64,000 nt of DNA from Eledone cirrhosa (lineage: Eukaryota): NCBI GenBank assembly GCA_964016885.1, contig OZ024740.1, positions 328,538,001 through 328,602,000 of the forward strand, read 5' to 3'. Below, in pieces: positions 42,662 through 64,000 of the stretch (the first letter of the stretch is position 1; each line of letters begins with the position of its first letter). The translations under genes and the position numbers were made by a program. The notes under the pieces are model-generated. The model did not search any database, was not told the origin of the DNA, and saw only the letters and a list, made by a program, of their open reading frames with translations.

Positions 42662-42701
42662 AAGAACACAAGAGCGTCTACAACATCAAAAGATATTTAT
42701 T

Positions 42702-42748
42702 GGCTTACAATGTTTCTTCCTTACGTAACCGTAGGATTCGTCAGATCT
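42702..42748 (-). ncRNA. Hammerhead-like motif, stem I degenerate
   Basis: agat CTGACGA atcctacg-gtta-cgtaaggaa GAAA cattg TA agcc. Confidence 0.6.
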
Positions 42749-42830
42749 ATAAAAGGGGTTTGATTGGTGTTATGGACTCAACCAACCAAACATTCAAGAA
42801 CAAAGAGTAATATATATAGATATATAATAT

Positions 42831-45800
42831 AACAGCACTAGGGGTAGAGCCCCTAATTACACTGTCAAGGAGCAGCCTGGTCGTTATGACTCTGCTGGCT
42901 TAGAGCCACAGAGAGGGCCAGTGGATGATGGATCAGCTGTCTCTGAGACAAATATAAAGAATGCAGTTTTGTCCTGCAGAAGAGCCATCAAAATGGGCAC
43001 TTTGAATGTTAGGACTATTCGAACGCTGGAGAAGAGAGAGGAGTTGGGACATCTGTTCGAGGAGAGTGGTATACAGATACTTGCGATCCAAGAACACAGG
43101 ATTCTACACGATGAGCCCGTGAGGAGTGTGATGATCGGGAGGAAGAGCCAGCTCATCACTACATCGGCAGTGAAGAACACAACAAATGCTGCAGTAGGAG
43201 GAGTGGGTTTTGTGTTCAGTGCAAAAACCAATCTGTTGGTGAGGGAAATAATGCCTATCTCCCCGCGAGTGTTGAGGGTGACCTTCAATGGAAACCCAAG
43301 ACTGACAGTCATCTCAGCCTATAGTCCAACCGAGGGGTACAGTGATGTGAATGCCGAGGAGTTCCATGAGGAGGTGTGTAGGGCTGTCAACACCACTCAG
43401 GCACACAATATCCTGCTTGTTTGGGGGGACTTCAATGCACATCTAAGTAAGGAGGGCAGTGAAGATCCTTGCTGGTACTTCCATAACAACACCAACCGAA
43501 ATGGAAGACTACTGAGAGACACCCTGCTGGAGGCGAACTTGATGGCGACCAACCTAAGGTTTAGGAAGAATCTGGGGAAGATGTGGACCTACATCTCAGA
43601 TATGCACCTGTCCAAGTCCCAGATTGATTTCATTCTGGTGAGGAAAAAGTGGCGGAATAGTGTTCTGAACACGGAACCATACAGCTATTTCAGTACACTG
43701 GATAGTGACCACCGGCTTGTTATGAGTGAGGTCCGCGTGAGCTTAAGAAAGAGCAAGGCTCAGCCCCGGAGAACAATCTATGACTGGGGAGCTTTCAAGG
43801 AAGATGATAAGCTACAGGAGAGGTTCACAGTGGAAGTGAGAAACAGGTTTAGTGCTCTGTGTGGAGAGTCAGAGGAGAGAGAGATTGGATGGACTGAGGA
43901 GAGTGTGACGAGGAGGTACGGGCACTTCACCAATGCAGTGGCGAAAGCAAGTGAAACCCTGGTGCCGAGGAAAAAGAACAAAGGGAAGCACGTCAGCTCT
44001 GCAAACCCAAAAGTGTGTGCAGCCAGAGAACACCTGAAAGCTGCCAGGGACCAATTCTATGCTGATCCTACGGAGGAGAGGATGGAGACTGTGGAGGTGA
44101 TGAGGGAAGAGCTCTGTACCGCTTACACTGAGGTCAGAGAGGAGGCACTGATAGAGAAGATCAGAAGTGTGGAGAGAGCGGTTGACAGATCTGGATGTAA
44201 GGAGAGCTGGATGATCATCAACGAGATCACAGGGAGGAAGAAAAGGTGTTCGAGTCAGATCCAGGGAACGGGGCCCGAGGATAGGAAGAGGAAATGGCTA
44301 GACCATTTTAGGACCCTACTAGAAGAGCCACCCTCCACAGCCCAGAGCACTGGGGAGATCAGGCGGCTGTTTGAGGAACTGGATGTTGAGACAGAGCCCT
44401 TCACCAGAGAGGAGCTTCAGAGAGCCAAGAAGAAGATCAAGGAGGGCAAGGCTCATGGAGAAGATGGAGTGGCATCAGAGGTGATGAAGAGGTGTGATTT
44501 TGATGATATCATCCTGGGGTTCTGTAACGGGGCACTGGAGAAAGGAGTTGCCCCGAATCAGTGGAGGATCAGTAACATCGTCCCAGTGCCAAAGAAGGGA
44601 GATCTCTCTAACACCAACAACTACCGGGGGATCTCACTGACGTCACTTGTGGCAAAGACCCTCAACAGGATGATTCTTAACAGGATCCAGCCTGAGATGG
44701 AGAAGAAGCTCAGGGACAACCAGAACGGCTTCAGAGAGGGTAGATCAACCATCAGTCACATCCTGATGCTGAGGAGGATATTAGAGGGAGCTAGAGCAAA
44801 GTGCCTTCCTGCGGTCATGGTTTTCATTGACTTTAGGAAGGCCTTTGATTCTGTGGACCGTTACTGCCTGATGAAGATCTTACAGGCTTATGGAATCCCC
44901 AAGAGGATAGTGGACCTGATATCACTGCTCTACACCAACACCAAAGCCCAAGTCATTACACCTGATGGGATGACAGAGTTCTTTGAGATACTGGCTGGAG
45001 TGCTCCAGGGAGATACATTGGCTCCCTACCTTTTTATCATCGTAGTGGACTATTGTATGCGCCTTGCACTGGAGAAACACCAGGACACTGGCTTTACTGT
45101 GGCACCGGCTCAGAGCAGGAGAGTTGGGGCGAAAAAGGTATCGGATGCTGAATTTGCCGACGACATAGTTTTGGTGACAAATACAGTGAAGGAGGCAGAG
45201 GATTTGATGCGGGAGGTTGAGACTGTGTCGATGAGTGTGGGGCTGAGAATGAATGAGACTAAAACAAAATATCTGGTAGAGAATGTTGAGAAGCCAGAGG
45301 GGATCACTAATGTAGGCGGGAAGCCGCTGGAATTGGTTGAGGACTTCCTGTATTTGGGAGCAAAGATTGGGAATACGGAAGATGATGTGGTTGAGAAGAA
45401 GAGCAAGGCCTGGGCGGCGTGTCACAGCTTGAGATTGGTGTGGCAGTCGGACCTTCGTAGAGACCTGAAAATCCGCCTCTTCATTGCTGTAGTTGAATCT
45501 GTGCTGCTGTATGGGTCTGAGACTTGGACACTGACCAAGAGACTCACTTAGATGGTGGATGGGTGCTACACGAGAATGCTGAGGATGGCTCTGAACATTA
45601 ATCAGTATACACTGAGGATGAAAAACTCAGAGCTGTATGGGAGCATCCCAAAAGTCAGCTCAAAAGTGACACAGAGGAGACTGAGGTTGGCTGGACATGC
45701 TCACCGACATCCAGAGTTGACATTGCACTCAGTGCTCCTTTGGGAGCCCCTACATGGACACACTAGAAGAGGAAGACCAAGGTTAACATATGTTGATGCC

Positions 45801-45909
45801 CTAAGGACAGACACTGGTCTGTTGGAGATGCAGGATATGGCAGCGATAATGAGGGACAGAGACCGCTGGAGAGAACTCGTCCATGGATCTCGGGAATTTT
45901 ACCCGCCTT

Positions 45910-45911
<2 letters not shown>
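42831..45911 (+). mobile_element. Nearly intact RTE-clade LINE: APE endonuclease + RT in one frame with a single stop at 45549-45551
   Basis: GTLNVRT, AIQEHR, GDFNA, QIDFIL, SDHRLV; NYRGISL, QNGFR.GRST, FIDFRKAFDSV, GVLQGDTLAPYLF, FADD, LYGSETW, RLRLAGH; ends directly in (TA)n. Confidence 0.95.
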
Positions 45912-45979
<68 letters not shown>

Positions 45980-46084
45980 TATATATATTAATGAAGTAAT
46001 TCCGTCGGAAAGGTCCAGGAAAAAAGAGTGCTCTATGTAGGTTACAGAGCTTAATAGTTATGTAATAAACAACATAAGGCAATA

Positions 46085-46145
46085 TTTCATTTACCAGTGG
46101 TTTCTTGAAAGCAAACAAATTTTGCTTTCAATCATCAGAATGAAA
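46085..46145 (-). ncRNA. Type I hammerhead ribozyme
   Basis: Exact reverse complement of 46710-46770. Confidence 0.88.
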
Positions 46146-46709
46146 AAATCCTGGTGTATTTATTGACATTGGATTTTAAAAACAAAAATATAATCTATAT
46201 GAAAGTGAGGCTGGAAAAGGAAGAAGGAAAGGAAAAATAAACACACATGCACACACACACAATTACATACACACACATATATACATACATATATATATAT
46301 ATACATACATATACACATATATATATATATATATATTATTAGAAATGTAAGCCATCGCCGCACCTGGACTAAAGAACCCAAAGAAACTGTGGGTTCGACT
46401 CCCATGTGCGTCGGTGTTCATCTTTTTCCGTTTCTCCGAGGGTTCTTGAGCCCAATGTCATGCTGAATAGTTTATTTGGTTTCTTTAGTCCAGGTGCGGC
46501 GATGGCTTACATTTCTAATAATATATATATATATATGTGTGTATATGTATGTATATATATATATATGTATGTATATATGTGTGTGTATGTAATTGTGTGT
46601 GTGTGCATGTGTGTTTATTTTTCCTTTCCTTCTTCCTTTTCCAGCCTCACTTTCATATAGATTATATTTTTGTTTTTAAAATCCAATGTCAATAAATACA
46701 CCAGGATTT

Positions 46710-46770
46710 TTTCATTCTGATGATTGAAAGCAAAATTTGTTTGCTTTCAAGAAACCACTGGTAAATGAAA
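46710..46770 (+). ncRNA. Type I hammerhead ribozyme, predicted cleavage after 46763
   Basis: tttcatt CTGATGA ttgaaagcaaa-atttg-tttgctttcaa GAAA ccactgg TA aatgaaa; 7-bp stem I, 11-bp stem II. Confidence 0.9.
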
Positions 46771-46819
46771 TAATTGCCTTACGTTGTTTATTACATAACT
46801 ATATATATATATTATATAA

Positions 46820-46890
<71 letters not shown>

Positions 46891-46971
46891 TCTCCTCCTG
46901 CTATATCAAGCGTTAACCTAATATATACCTTCCATGTACCGATTGTGTTGTTATTTCTGTTTACTTTTAAC

Positions 46972-47011
<40 letters not shown>

Positions 47012-47296
47012 AGGGGGTGTAACTTGAAATTCTGACTTTACCAGATAGCATGTATTTCATTTTCTTATAGCATTTTAAAAGGATCCGTCGAGCTGCCGAT
47101 TATTGAGTCGGGTAGGATCGATACAGATCGAACATTGAGCTGATCAGTGGCGAAACGCGCGTCACCTATCAATAAATGCAATGAAGGAGTAATCAATCGT
47201 CCTTGTTATCCTTTCAATATATATATATATATATATAGATAATATCTATATTATATATATATATATATTATATTTATATATATATAATATTTATAT

Positions 47297-47341
<45 letters not shown>

Positions 47342-47421
47342 AAGATATATATTGAGTTAGGAACTCAAAATATTCTCTTACAACAGAATAGCTCTAAGAA
47401 AGAGACATTTCCGAGCCTTAT

Positions 47422-47479
<58 letters not shown>

Positions 47480-47700
47480 CATATATATAATATATATATA
47501 ATATACACACACATATATATATTATTTATATATCTATTTTTTTTTAAATTTTATATATATATATATATCATTTATATTATATATATATATATCATTTATA
47601 TTATATATATATATATATATATCATTTATGTATATATATATATATATTATTCATATATTATTCAAATATATATATATATATATTATTCATATATATATTA

Positions 47701-47840
47701 TAGAAGTGGTTATACAACAGTTAGTTCACCATACCGAGAACAATTGTTTCACCAGCGGATCGTCAGCTCGTAATGGACACTACGAGATGAGGAAACAACT
47801 GTTCTCGGTATGGTGAACTACCTGTTGTGTAACCACTTCT
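47701..47840. repeat. Short fold-back, arms about 50 bp; family of the 32.8 kb PLE end
   Basis: tagaagtggttatacaacagttagttcaccataccgagaacaattgtttc mirrored at 47793-47840. Confidence 0.85.
47735..47770 (-). ncRNA. Minimal type I hammerhead with palindromic stem III
   Basis: cgag CTGACGA t cc-gct-gg t GAAA caattg TT ctcg. Confidence 0.75.
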
Positions 47841-47906
47841 ACCTAACTCGTCCGTCCCATGGACTGAGTGCTCTACCATTGAGGATATTACCTTCCAGTG
47901 TTCTAC

Positions 47907-47986
<80 letters not shown>

Positions 47987-48024
47987 ATATATATATAATT
48001 GGAAATTATATATATATATATTGT

Positions 48025-48735
48025 TATACTTTGGGAGGGTCATGTTGCCAATAAGAAACACACGCACCAGTTACTTTCACTTCAATTTATTATAATAAAT
48101 TTATAAATTTAGGAATTTATAAATTTATAAATTTCTGGTTGGTTGGTTGGTTCCACAACCAGATAGTTGTTTATATATTGTCAAAGTTCTTTCGTTACAC
48201 ATTCTGTGACCTCATCAGTGACTGGGGATTCTTTTCTTTGTTTTTGTGCCTCTCCTTTGTTCTGTCCTACGCCATTTTGTTTCTGTGTGTGTGTTGTGTG
48301 CTCAGTCTGCGCATGCGCCACATCCGGGTGTCTGTGTGTTTATATCTGTTTATTTATTTGTTTATTTACATGTTACCGGTTGGTTGTTTGTTCTATGTGT
48401 GTGTGTGTTTTCATTTTGTCCTTAATTGTAAGTTGTGATGTTGCAGTTCCACTCATATTTTCTATTTAATTTTGGTTGTAATTCTTTTATGCTTATTGCC
48501 TCTGTGATTTGTCTAAACATTGCGTCTTTTCTGTGTGTAGATTCTATTTTTATTTCTATGTTCTTTTACCATTATGTTCTATTTTAGCATGTTGGTAGAG
48601 TACAGATGATTCTTTACTATCTTGAAGGTCTCGCCAGTGTTCATTTATCCGTTCCCCTACACTACGGGCTGTCTCACCTATGTACACTATATTTTTGTCT
48701 CTACATTGTCCTTCAGTACATCTTATGCTATATTG
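48025..48735 (-). mobile_element. 5'-truncated PLE (relative of 185-1157): GIY-YIG remnant plus pseudo-LTR with hammerhead at 48180-48222
   Basis: YSIRCTEGQC...YIGETARSVGERINEHW; gtca CTGATGA ggtcaca-gaa-tgtgtaac GAAA gaac TT tgac. Confidence 0.85.
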
Positions 48736-49061
48736 GAAATCAGTAAAATCGAATCTCTGTCTTTTAAATATTTTTATTATTTTCAACTTAACCAGATCAA
48801 TTATGATATATAGTCATCTGATATATATATATATATTATATATATTAAATATATATATATTAAATATATATATATTATATAATATATATATATATATATT
48901 ATATAATATATATATATATTATATAATATATATATATTATATAATATATATATATATATATATTATATAATATATATATTATATAATATATATATATATT
49001 ATATAATATATATATATATATATTATATAATATATATATAATATATATAATATATATATAT

Positions 49062-49099
<38 letters not shown>

Positions 49100-49415
49100 A
49101 TATATATATATATATATATTATATAATATATATATATATATATATATTATAATAATATATATATATATATATATTATATAATATATATATATATATATAT
49201 TATATAATATATATATATATATATTATATAATATATATATATATATATATTATATAATATATATATATATATTATATAATATATATATATATATATTATA
49301 TAATATATATATACATATTATATAATATATATATATATATTATATAATATATATATATATATTATATAATATATATATATATTATATTATATATATATAT
49401 ATATTATTATATATA

Positions 49416-49462
<47 letters not shown>

Positions 49463-49488
49463 TATATATATATATATATTATATATAT

Positions 49489-49522
<34 letters not shown>

Positions 49523-49810
49523 ATAATATATATATATAATATATATAATATATATATATATATAATATATATATATATTTAGAAACACACAGATACATGC
49601 GGACACACACAATATATATGAATGCATCCGCACCCAACTGTGAGTTAAGGGTGCCAACTTCACCGATGTTGCTCAATGAATGACCGGGACAGACCAATTC
49701 AGTTTGAACCAGACTGAACCAGTATCAGAGTTAAAAATACATTATGAAGAGAGAAGAAACATTTAGATATAATTAGTAATAAAATGTATCATACCTAAAC
49801 TGTTCCTAAT

Positions 49811-49898
49811 TCCTCGACTACGTAGTTTCGTGGCATAAACAAAAACAATATATCAAAGATATAGAGTCCTTGCGAGGTCTGCCGACTTATCAAGAGGA
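49811..49898 (-). ncRNA. Type I hammerhead, U3-A8 variant with large stem II loop
   Basis: tcctc TTGATAA gt(c)ggca...tgccac GAAA ctacgtag TC gagga. Confidence 0.75.
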
Positions 49899-49900
49899 TA

Positions 49901-50100
49901 NNNNNNNNNNNNNNNNNNNNNNNNNNNNNNNNNNNNNNNNNNNNNNNNNNNNNNNNNNNNNNNNNNNNNNNNNNNNNNNNNNNNNNNNNNNNNNNNNNNN
50001 NNNNNNNNNNNNNNNNNNNNNNNNNNNNNNNNNNNNNNNNNNNNNNNNNNNNNNNNNNNNNNNNNNNNNNNNNNNNNNNNNNNNNNNNNNNNNNNNNNNN
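49901..50100. other. Assembly gap (200 N)
   Basis: Run of n. Confidence 1.
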
Positions 50101-58678
<8,578 letters not shown>

Positions 58679-59309
58679 TTCAGCGAGAATCGTATTTCGG
58701 CCAGTAGAAAAAGCGAAACGAAACGCAAAATCGTAGATATGCTGGCAAGCGCTCCAATAGTTAAGAAAACTAGAGCTAAACAATATGTTAAAACGCCATA
58801 AAAAATGAAAAAGTGGTCACAAGGCATTAACCACCTAAGTAAAAAAACAAATCAAGCTAAATAGGTTAAACAAAATAAATGACAAAAACAGACCTGGACC
58901 CAAATGGAATTGATGGTAAAATCCAAATGCAGGGTTTCTATAACACCTAAATCAATAATACTGTCTGCTTAAAACTATAAGCTTTTAGCATAATGATCGA
59001 ACATGGAATATCACGTTATCAACAGGTATGTTGCTCTGCACCAACTATGTGAATGACGTAGAACTTTGTAAAAGCACATGTGTAACTCACAAGGGAAACC
59101 CCCCCCCCCCCGATTTTGGCAAATGAATTCAGTATGTGTATATCATACAAACAATTGCATAGATAGCACAAATCGAATAAGCACTCAACCAGGTAGTTAA
59201 TAAAATAAACTTATGCAATTAATCTGTCAATAGAATTATTAACAGGTTAACTGTAAGGCTCGGGATATTAATACAAATATAAATTCAGCGAGAATCGTAT
59301 TTCGGCCGG

Positions 59310-59340
<31 letters not shown>

Positions 59341-61182
59341 TATATATATATATAGTAATAATAATAAATTTGAAGACTAAAATCCAAAGAGGGCTCGATA
59401 AGGATAAATATATATCAAATATATAAGAACCGTAGAGCAAATATTTATTAAAATAACAGATTAAAGTTTAAGCAAAGAATCGCTGCTTTCACCCTTAACA
59501 GGATCTTCTGAAACTAAAAAAGTGGAAGAACGGACGTAAAACGGTGATGATGATGATGATATATATATATTATTCATACGTGTGTGTGTGTGTATGTGGT
59601 GTGTGGTGTGTGTGTGTTTTTTATACATATATATATAAACAGATGTATGAGAAAAACCTATTAAAGAGAGATTGAAACTTTGGTGGCGGGGGCAGAGAAA
59701 GACATACATACATACATACAACCAGTTTTTAAACAAAGTATCTCACTAACTAGAAATTTAGTCAAATATTTGTATAAGTGGTATTGGAAAGGACTGAACT
59801 AACGTCATCAACGCAGCATTAAGCGCCCATGAGAAATAACAACAGTCACATCTGCTCTCTCTCTCTCTCTCTCTCAGGATTGCAGGAAGTAGTGTCATGT
59901 AGTTCAGGATTGAATTGTAGAATTTATCGGCGGGAGTGGATCCAGACAAAATATTAAATAAAATAGCATAACATATATATAAGAACGAACACTTTCCGTG
60001 ACGACCTATAAAATAAAATTAAAATAAGCACATGCCGACCCGCCCCCCACTCACATATATACATATATATATATTTGTTTATTTTTCTATTCATTCATTT
60101 ACGTCAATCCATTGAAGTTCTTCCTGTAAATATTTCAATGGAATGTCTAATAAACAATATCTTAGTGTTGTTTAATTTATTTATTCACACAATATATATA
60201 TTATGTAAATAAATAAAATCAGAATAAAACAACACCATCCTTTGTAGAATTAAATCCGATCCTCATAAGTGTGTTGTTTAATATCGAGTCGAGCAAACAC
60301 CAATGATCAAAGACATTAAAACTGGTATCCATCCTGTATCTTAATCTCATGAATAATTTTTCCTAACCAATTTGTATATATATTTTTAAAAGAAAACACC
60401 ATGCAATTAAATGTTAGATTTAGTTCTTATTTCTAGCAATTTCAATCAGCTTTTACTATTCTGTATTTTAAGACATACCTGTAGAGAAGACGAGCTCTGT
60501 CGGGTTTTAAAAAAAAAGCACTAAAAACGCCGTATATCAATACGACACCCCTACGACTACTCAGGAGTCACGGAACCATACAGTTACATTATGCTATGTG
60601 TTTTTACATTCTTTTTGTAAGACGGCAGGTATGATTTAAGGAGATTTACCTGCTATTTCAAGTAGCTTATGCAATCAATCACCCAATAATTTGCAAAGGT
60701 GTGTTGTGCTGAAATATGGATAAATTAAATGTCTGAGATGAGGTTGTTGATAAAACAAGGTTTTTTTCGTGTGTTTTCAACTACTCAGATCTCGAACATG
60801 GTCACAATCGACTTTTCTCCAAAAACAGAATGACAGGAGGCGAAGGGGCCCTTTGATTTTCCCAGCTTCTGAGATTTCTTTTCTAGTTTTTTTTTTCTTC
60901 TTTTTGTTTGTTTTCAACCGATCTGACATCCGACTCAGTCGCCAACAACTCCTTTTTCCGAGAATGGAGGCGGGAAAGGAGATGGACACTCGGGGTTACA
61001 GATAAGCACCTGTCAGCTGTTTAAATTTATAGAAAGGTACCCCGCTGGAGATCGCGAAGAAATCTTTTCCCTGGGTTTTTCCGTGTTTTCAACTAATCTG
61101 ACTTTCGAAATGCTCGCATTGGCCCTTTTTTCTGGAAACGGAAGGCCGGGGGGGGGGGGGGGGGCAGATGAGGGGGGGGGGC

Positions 61183-61450
61183 TATAAAGTATGTGTGCAA
61201 ATACGCCAACAGGGCTTTCGATGCTGCCGTGTTTGCGCTACAACAAAATATGTCCGACGAGGTGTCCAAATTCGAACACAGCTGCATCGAAGTATTCTGA
61301 CGTATTTTTGGATTCCCAATTCAGGCCTATTACCCACAGATGCGAAAAACCTGACGTCCATTTGGAAAGTGGACAACGAGTGTATTTTACAGCCCATCAA
61401 ATCATATCACCTAGAAAGACAACTTTACTAGCATTTTTAAAACTTTTTTC
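61183..61450 (+). mobile_element. Helitron RepHel fragment
   Basis: IKYVCKYANRAFDAAVF...DEV...EVF*RIFGFPI, then after a frameshift VHLESGQRVYFT...KTTLLAFLKL: the conserved segment that follows the Helitron Rep motif. Confidence 0.8.
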
Positions 61451-62389
61451 TTTAGGGCATATATGAAGAGTTTGTTGTGGTTTCCTACTCGGGAATAACT
61501 ACATACAACTGGCCATGTAAAAAACAGTCCTCTTCTTGATGGAGACCGACAACCTGCAGTATTTAGCCTCACCACCATATACGCCAGGAAGAGTATCGAG
61601 CTATAGAAAACCTGCCACTAAAGATCTTTTACAAAATATTGGAAAAACCAGGGTAAAAACAATAATACATCTATTGAGGACACGACAATATCTCCATTGC
61701 TGGTGCTGTTAAAATGAACTCGTACACTCTGTACAGTAGCTAGTGCTAGATGTGAAACTCAGTTCTGTTATAATTTTGTTTTGTGAATCAAGCTCAAGTT
61801 TTGTCGGAGACGATCGGCTCGGGAACTAAACTTTGGTTGAATTTTAAAGTTGATGCCAGCATTATTCAGATAATGTTCATGAAATATTTTCCGCATCATG
61901 ATATAGCGCTCTCACCAACTTTAGTGAAAATAGAGTTTAAACTTTTTAAGTCGGTCCCAGTAAACAGAGCCTACCATGCTAGCTATCTATGTTGTTTTAT
62001 TTGCAATTTCTTTTTCGCAATTGATTTCTGGGATGTTGCGATTTTCATAGTAATTTGTTCGTGTGGGGAGACTAAAGAAGGCAACTATTCAAGGTGGGGC
62101 GGGAAAAATTCAGAGAAGAGGATAAAGTTATGTCTGTTAAATTGGAAAGTTCTAAGACTACACGAACACATCCTGGGGTTCATATCGACTGTGTAGTTGA
62201 CGTGGGCGCTCCAGATCAGGCTGCTCTAGACGGACATATTAAGTTCTCTAGTGTTGTCAGCTGCCACGAAAATTCTTCCCGGGGTGGGGGTGGGGGGGGG
62301 AGAATCGTCATCACCATCATCCTCAGTTTAAGTGTATCATCCTTTCTAAAGTCGATTAGCTTAAATTTTCCCTCCTTCAGCCACACATT

Positions 62390-63060
62390 GTATAACAGTT
62401 TATAGATCCGATTTAAAGTATCTCCGATCTTCTACTCTATTGTTGACCTTCCAAAGCTGAAGAGATATTTGCACAAATGCTCATTTTGCTGTGTTTGATG
62501 GCATCGATGATATCAATATTGTAAATAATGATCTTGGTTGCACTACACAAAAATTTAGTTTCACCAGGAAACACTCAACCTTGGAGGGTTCTTTAACAGA
62601 GTCCTGTGATAGATAATGTCAAAGGTTTTGCTGATGTGAAGATATATGACATTTGTGTAAGAGTCCACATCCTCAGTTTGCACAGAGAGTTCTATGAATG
62701 TAGATGCAATCGTATCTGCATATCTGGTCCTGACTTCCTGATCCACCAATGCATCCCACTTTATCCTATAGGTTGACCCAAACCTGCCAGTTTTGAGAGC
62801 TTCCTTGGCGTTATGTAGTCCCAAGTTGATGATTAGTTGATATCTCAGCCCCTCACTCAACACGAACAACTAGCACAGAATCGAAGACATCAGAGACAGT
62901 AACAAAATCAATTATTGATCTGTCCCTGATTTCCCTCATACCATGTATATTAATGGTTGTATGTGTGTTGGACGAAGAGACTACATAGTATTACTTGACT
63001 TGTCAGGTAGGTTTGATGCCGCTGGGGGAAAATTATGTACTTGGTGGGGTTCAGTTGCTA
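62390..63060 (-). mobile_element. Juxtaposed decayed LINE fragments (RTE-like endonuclease end plus CR1-like RT piece)
   Basis: RSIIDFV, GAEISTNHQL, IKWDAL; TNVIYLHISKTFD. Confidence 0.55.
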
Positions 63061-63396
63061 TTCCCTTTCGAAGTTGATCCCTTGTGCCTCCATACACACA
63101 GCCCAGTGACCCTTCTACTGCTTTAAGCATGTCTGAAATGATATTTTAAGGAAATGACAATTAGCTCCCTGTCAAAGCATTTTTGTCAGGTGGAGGACTT
63201 TCTCAATGACTGTCCTTGCTCATCTCTGTTCCCCCAAGACAAGGTAGAATAAATAAAACTAAATCAAATCGAAGAAAAGACAGAGGACAACAAATAGTCA
63301 GTAAGATCACAGAATGTGAGACGAAAGTGTTTTGACAATTAAAGACCGACTTGGTTATTAAACTAACCCAGGAATGGGTTAGTTACCTAACTAATA

Positions 63397-63612
63397 ATGG
63401 TTTCTTATATAGGCACAAGACCAGTAATTTGGGGGAGGGGAAAGTCGATTAAATCTACCCCAGTATGGTACTGGTGCTTTATTTTATCGACCCTGTAAGG
63501 ATGAAAGGCAAAGTTAACCTCGGCGGTATTTGAACTCAAACCATAAAAGACCGTAACTATGCTGCAAAGCATGGTGTCCGACGCTCTACCGATACTGCCA
63601 ATACACCGCCCT
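63397..63612 (-). mobile_element. SINE copy with target-site duplication
   Basis: Same family; ttacctaactaataat on both sides. Confidence 0.85.
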
Positions 63613-64000
63613 CAATTACCTAACTAATAATAAACCTGTATTGAAACTCACCTGGTGTGTGTTTTTATTGGCAGTATGAGACTAGTTATGTGTGAGTACT
63701 ATGTCATTTATGTAATGGGGGTATAGTCATTGCAGAGTAATATAGAAACAACATGATGACTTCTGTCACTGCTTACTAATTTAATTTATGGGCAATGCAG
63801 TATGTTTTGGGGAGTAGGGTTGATTGTAATTTGTAGTTTGCATTTGCTTGGTTTGCAGATAGTTGAGGCATAATAGTTAGTTATGAAATATATCCGTGCA
63901 GAAATGGACTGCATGAGCGAGCCATAGTCATCTGACCCATCTAAGAGTATTGCGATTCCAAATAAGGACCAATTTGAATCATGACAGCCCATGTGATCTA

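Larger units (their letters stand above)
45990..46802. mobile_element. Fold-back element with about 325-bp arms (46054-46378 / 46478-46802), one hammerhead per arm
   Basis: Arms almost perfectly reverse-complementary including an internal microsatellite; spacer about 100 bp; flanked by (TA)n. Confidence 0.92.

Noticed and set aside
45549-45551. Programmed read-through of the RTE stop
   Set aside because: A single substitution in a Lys/Gln-type codon is simpler; no supporting signal.
61690-61960. Possible gypsy gag-protease relic (LNFKVDAS)
   Set aside because: Only one loose motif; no LTRs or RT nearby.

Overview
AT-rich, repeat-dominated animal genomic DNA. The SINE family, the (TA)n/(CA)n load and an IL-17-like gene point to an octopod cephalopod (inference). 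Only one credible host gene is visible: a two-exon secreted IL-17-like cystine-knot cytokine (proposed exon 1 19451-19474, exon 2 22362-22787). The rest is transposon material: a nearly intact RTE-clade LINE (42.8-45.9 kb, one premature stop), a complete IR/DR-type Tc1 element (40843-42458, two stops), a decayed Tigger/pogo element, two decayed CR1-like LINEs, fragments of Vingi/I-like, R4/Dong-like, CRE-like, RTE and Helitron elements, about nine copies of one SINE, and an 8.6 kb (TA)n array beside an assembly gap. The signal the ORF track cannot show is about two dozen type I hammerhead-ribozyme motifs (several apparently intact, several with the U3-A8 core covariant) from at least ten unrelated sequence families. 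Most lie in Penelope-like element ends or in short non-coding fold-back units inserted in (TA)n tracts. All folds were read by eye; no search or computation was run.
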